A stretch of 64,000 nt of DNA. It comes from Candidatus Latescibacterota bacterium (GTDB lineage: Bacteria > Latescibacterota > UBA2968 > UBA8231). Every line of letters begins with the position of its first letter. Position 1 is the stretch's first letter. The notes beneath the pieces were generated by a model, which was not told the origin of the DNA, did not search any database, and saw nothing but the letters and a program-made list of their open reading frames with translations. A program made the position numbers and the translations under genes. Positions 60,655 to 64,000 of this stretch are shown piece after piece. The stretch spans positions 2,080,001 to 2,144,000 of the forward strand of contig OZ242214.1 in NCBI GenBank assembly GCA_965206595.1. Reading direction: 5' to 3'.

Positions 60655-62118
60655 GGCTATATCCGGGTTTTTCAAAGGACATTTTATAGCATGTACAGAG
60701 AGAGATATTGAGTGATTCACACGGTACGGAATCGGGCCGGAATCTGCGCAGGGATATCGAGGTCTCCGACGCACAGGTAAATGAGGTCGGCAAAGGCATC
60801 CAGAGATTTAAATCCACTGGCTCGATTCTTGACCATGCGGATGATTCGATTGAGCCCTTCGGCGGCGGCGTTGGTCAGGTGCGTGTCGACGAAGGCCGTG
60901 ATGCCGGCCGCATGCTTGCGCACCGTGTTGACGAACCTGCGCAGGGGCTCCAGGCGGCTGCGCAGGGCCGCCGTCGTCCACTTCTTGAGGAAGCGTTCGG
61001 CGGCCCAGCGCGCCTTGTAGCGCCAGAAGTGCTCGAACTCGTCCTTCAGGCGCCAGGCGCGGTAGATGCGGCGGTTGGCCTTCTCCAGGGTTTGGAGCGT
61101 GCGCCGGTCCTTTGGCGAGCGCCGGGCGGAGTGATGCAGCAGCACCCAGCGCAGGCCCTTGAGCAGCTTGCGGTCCTCGCCGCAGGCTTGCCGCCACTGT
61201 TCCTTGCGCACCTCGTCGACGGCTTCGTTGAGGGCCTTGACGACGTGGAATCGGTCCAGGACGAGCTGGGCGTTGGGGCCGTGCTGGCGGATGGCGCCGA
61301 TGAAGGTCTCGCTCATATCGCAGCAGGCCCAGCGGATACGGGCCTTCCGGAAGGCGCTGAGATGGTCCCGGAAGAACGTATCGATCGTTTCGCGGGCCTT
61401 GCCCTTGCCGACCCAGACGACACAGGAGCGCTCCAGGTCGTAGACCAGGGTGGCGTATTTATGGCCCTTGGCGTAGGAGATCTCGTCGATGCCGAGGGTC
61501 GTCAGCGCGCGGATGCGATGGCCTGTACGCCGGCGCTCGATGAGCCGGTGCACCTGGTCGGACAGGGTCGAAGGAGCCAGGCCCAGCAAGCGCGCGGCGG
61601 TGACCTGCGGCATCCACTGGCAGTAGGTCAGCAGCAGGTATTCGAAGCGGTAGCTGACCCGGGCCGAGGGCGCCGCCCAGGGCACCTCCTCGACGTGCCG
61701 GCCGTGGGTCGGACAGCGGATCTCTCGAGGGCGGTGGTACAACCAGACGGTACGGCCGCAGATGCGGACGTCGCGCCAGCGGCGGGGCTCCATGACCCGT
61801 ACGATCTTGCCCCGGCGCCCACACTGGGGACACCGGCACCCATTGTTGTGGGGCTGCACCGAGACCACGACGGCCGCTTCCTCCCCGTGTCCTTCGAAGC
61901 ACACGTCGACAGCGCCAAACCCCTTGAACTTGAACAGCTTGGAGACGAACTTCATAGCGGTCATAGGTCGCCTTCCCTTCCCTTTCCTGGGGAGTGCTTG
62001 ATGGGGATACACCAAGCATAGGGAACGACCTATGGCCTTGTCATGTACTCAGATGAACAGCAAGGGCTCAGGTACTTTCCGTACTTACGTTTCGGCGTTG
62101 AAAAACCCGGATAGACCC
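60655..62118 (-). mobile_element. ISL3-family IS with intact transposase (60717-62015)
   Basis: IR GGCTATATCCGGGTTTTTCAA / GGGTCTATCCGGGTTTTTCAA; flanks CAAAAAGA/AAAAAAGA; CPQCG, LGIDEI, CDMS, LDRFHV, AEGLN. Confidence 0.92.
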
Positions 62119-62281
62119 AAAAAAGAATGTGATAATATTCCCTTTGTGTTCAGTGTATGCCAGAAAACTTGGCAAGTATTTGTCATCAGGGTACGACTCG
62201 ATGATTTCAAACGTATCCACAGAGTCCATAATCGACTTTCTACTGATCTCCTTGGTCCGAAGCCGCATATTCACATGATAA

Positions 62282-63661
62282 CTGGACTTTTGCAAAAGGC
62301 AGAATTCCTGGATAATCGGTCAAGGATTAGAGGGTAGCACGAATTCGATGGAACTTGGTATGTTTGGTAGGACGAAGGCATCCCCGGCCTCGGTTTCCCC
62401 TGGCCATGAGAGAGGTTGTTCATGCCAGGTATTGTTGATTTTCCCACGGTGGTTGAAGAAGCGGTGGCCGAGTTCGGCGGCCTCTTCGCCAACGCCCCGG
62501 AGCGCCGTCACTTTGGCGAGTATCTAACCGGGTTGATGGTGGCCGAACGCAAAAATGTATCGGCGATCAACGCCGAGTTCGTCGAGACCACCGATCAGTC
62601 CTGCCTGAACCGCTGGATTACGCAGGTGCGGTGGGACGGAAAATGGCTCAACGAACATCGCCTGGAATGGTTGCAGGAGCACCCCTCGACGCGCTATTCA
62701 GGGCGCGGGGTGATCGCCATCGACAACACCTTGGTCGGCCACAGCGGAGAAAAGATCGAGGATGTGGGGTGGTTTTGGGATCACTCGGACAAGCGCCATA
62801 TGATTGCGCACGACTACGTCATCGCCAACTACGTGTGCACCTCGGGGAAATACTATCCGTTGGAATTCCGTCGCTTTCGCAAGGGCCGGGAAGGGGAGAC
62901 GGACCCCTCCTTCAAGAGCCATACCGAGCTGTTCAAAGAGCTGGTGGACTGGGTCGTGTTCCGACAGATCCCGGGCGATTTCGCCTTCGACTGCTACTTC
63001 AGCAGTGTCGAGTGTCTCGATCACCTCCATAGTCATGAGCGCGGCTACGTAGGAGCCCTGAAGAGCAACCGCAAGGTCGAGTTCAAGGGCGGCCTGATGA
63101 AGGCCGCGGAAGTGGCTGCGAATATCCCGCCCGAGGATCGCAAACAGGTCAGCATCGGCAAGCGCAAACAATGGTATTTCACCAAAACCCTGAGTCTGCC
63201 CAAGCTCGAGCACCGGGTTCGCCTGGTGATCCTGTGGGATCGCAAGAACGGCAGGGAAGCGGTCAAGTTTCTACTGACCAATCGCGTGCACTGGGAGATC
63301 AGTCGTATTCTGAATGTTTATCGCAAACGCTGGACGGGCACCGAGACTTTTCATCGGGACGGCAAGCACCATCTGGGCATGGGAGACTGTCAGTTACGCA
63401 GCGGCGAGGGCCAGACCCGGCATAGGTACCTCGTGATGCTGACGCACAGTCTGCTCATGGCACGGATGCGGCAGGGCCGTGCGCGTGACTGGGCTCATAC
63501 CGTGCTGACGACCATTGGCGAAGCCTGTCGAGCCGTGTCGCGAGAGACGCTCAGCAAAACCATCTCCTGGGTAGTGGACCAAGCCTCAATAGGGTGGACA
63601 GAGCAGCGAATTGTCGCACATCTCAAACTTTAGTAAAAAAGCGGAGTTTGCAAAAGTCCAG
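62282..63661 (+). mobile_element. IS701-family IS with transposase 62422-63633
   Basis: 15-bp IR CTGGACTTTTGCAAA; direct repeat TGATAA (62276-62281, 63662-63667); IAIDNT, FDCYF, Y.KRW..ETFHRD.K..LG..CQLR. Confidence 0.88.
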
Positions 63662-64000
63662 TGATAAGTCCAGATTTTTCTGCTTTCCCGAACACAGCAC
63701 TGGATAAACTCTAGTGGACGCGAGGAGTGTACGCGATTTTTCTCTACCACCCGATCAATCTTTCTGCCTGAATGGGATCAATAGTCAGGCCCGGCTTCTT
63801 CGCCACGATGACGGGCACCAGCAGATCCCTTGACAGGATAAGAAAGAAGCAACAAACCGGACGCATCCTGTCAAGAGGACGAACACGGTCGAATTCCGAC
63901 TTCCAGAAACAGTTCAGCGGGGTTGCCGGCAGCTTTCAATTCCCTGCAGCGGCGTCCACTCCCGTCTCCCCTTCCGAGCGCGCGATGATGGCGGCGCCGC

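Larger units (their letters stand above)
60546..63750 (-). pseudogene. DUF4258 toxin-like gene split into three pieces (63750-63662, 62281-62119, 60654-60546)
   Basis: Reassembles as ..PLEFIQCCVRESRKIWTYHVNMRLR..IIESYPDDKYLPSFL..LFATDVEDENVRIVTTYRP..W; an apparent 1-nt frameshift lies near 62130. Confidence 0.8.

Noticed and set aside
62296-62340. Apparent DUF4258 start at GTG 62340 with an early TGA
   Set aside because: It lies inside the IS701 end; the true N-terminus is at 63750-63662.

Overview
High-GC bacterial DNA, probably from a metagenome-assembled genome. It carries carbohydrate and redox genes (SDRs, Gfo/Idh/MocA, sugar-phosphate isomerases, PhyH dioxygenases, VOC proteins, a beta-helix glycosidase-like protein), an IscS, a glycosyltransferase and ChrA. 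Three IS-dense zones interrupt it. The first (about 7.9-16.2 kb) holds ISL3, IS1380, an IS1182 with a nested IS66, and an ISKra4-like element. The second (46.4-51.4 kb) holds IS1595 and ISL3 remnants, an IS5 and a second IS66. The third (60.6-63.7 kb) holds an ISL3 and an IS701 that both disrupt one DUF4258 toxin-like gene. A complete type I-C CRISPR-Cas locus (cas3-cas5-cas8c-cas7-cas4-cas1-cas2 plus a 16-repeat array) lies at 34.6-43.9 kb. Most notable: (1) cas4, cas1 and cas2 are each immediately preceded by a degenerate copy of the CRISPR repeat covering the translation initiation region, suggesting Cas5-mediated processing of the adaptation-module mRNA; (2) an uncalled DUF5069-like ORF has an in-frame TGA at the expected Cys position followed by a SECIS-like hairpin, making it a candidate selenoprotein; (3) a lower-GC three-gene cassette (TIGR04255-like, unknown, ART-like) resembles a toxin or defence module. 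All family assignments come from motif recognition by eye; no database searches were run.
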